Source: Spirochaetia bacterium (GTDB lineage: Bacteria; Spirochaetota; Spirochaetia; SZUA-6; Bin103). Taken from it: DNA of 64,000 nt. The DNA is taken from assembly GCA_965198005.1 (NCBI GenBank), contig CBDAOI010000004.1, positions 2,176,001 through 2,240,000 of the forward strand. Direction: 5' to 3'. Of this stretch, positions 63,630 to 64,000 are shown one piece after another; positions within the stretch are counted from its first letter, which is position 1, and each line of letters opens with the position of its first letter. The notes under the pieces were generated by a model. That model did no database searches. It was not told the origin of the DNA and was given only the letters and a program-made list of their open reading frames with translations. The position numbers were made by a program, and so were the translations under genes.

Positions 63630-64000
63630 GTGCCGCTCCACTCGCTCGACCCACTCGATCCGAAGGTGACGCAATTCATCCAGGACAACCCCCAAGGGGT
63701 GCTGACCACCTACCGTCGGAACGGCAAGGCGCAGATGAGCATCGTCACCGTCCGTCCGCACCGTGGGGTGATCGGTGTGTCGATTACCGAGAGCCGGGCG
63801 AAGTTCAACAACCTGGTGCACAACCCGGCTTGCTCGATCCTCGTGTCAACCGCCGACTGGTGGTCGGGCTTCATCGTGTTCGATGGCACCGCCGAGCTGG
63901 TCTGGTCGGGCAACGCCGACGCAGAGACCGTGCGGCTCGCCAGACGCGAGGTCTACAGCGCAACTACGCGGCGCCGGTCGGCCGATTGGGATGACTACGA
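63630..64000 (+). CDS. Pyridoxamine 5'-phosphate oxidase-like (PPOX) protein, runs off window; start uncertain
   Basis: Manual translation: PLDPKVTQFIQDNPQGVLTTYRRNGKAQMSIV...SRAKFNNLVHNPACSILV. Confidence 0.7.
   Translation, partial: MPLHSLDPLDPKVTQFIQDNPQGVLTTYRRNGKAQMSIVTVRPHRGVIGVSITESRAKFNNLVHNPACSILVSTADWWSGFIVFDGTAELVWSGNADAETVRLARREVYSATTRRRSADWDDY

Overview
High-GC bacterial DNA. A Spirochaetota-like, possibly host-associated lineage is inferred from recalled family patterns and is unverified. The left part is mostly intact housekeeping and metabolic genes: TPP enzyme, EndoQ-UvrD fusion, CPA2-CBS antiporter, rluD-like, yggS, pdxS/pdxT, lipid-modifying enzymes and a leishmanolysin-like protease. 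Short AT-richer defence-like inserts interrupt the window: an ABC-ATPase+TOPRIM-like pair, an orphan ABC-ATPase, a DNA methylase, an EEP nuclease, a subtilase pair, Rpn, AbiE and Phd/VapC. The right part is a decaying mosaic of duplicated and internally deleted genes. Main observations: (1) a 93-nt tRNA with a serine-type body but a CAG (Leu) anticodon lies inside the 3' end of a DNA methylase ORF, between imperfect direct repeats carrying antisense-pointing promoter motifs; (2) a ProRS paralogue with an altered proline pocket lies directly behind an operon of three amidohydrolase-fold proteins plus a Rieske ferredoxin; (3) foreign cargo repeatedly sits between an intact gene pair and its decayed duplicate; (4) small TM-coiled-coil proteins recur at cassette edges, one with a G15 tract before its start codon; (5) a BBOX-like/HD/GcvT-like/DMGDH-like cluster is probably for N-methyl compound catabolism. 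Several single-base frameshifts may be sequencing errors.
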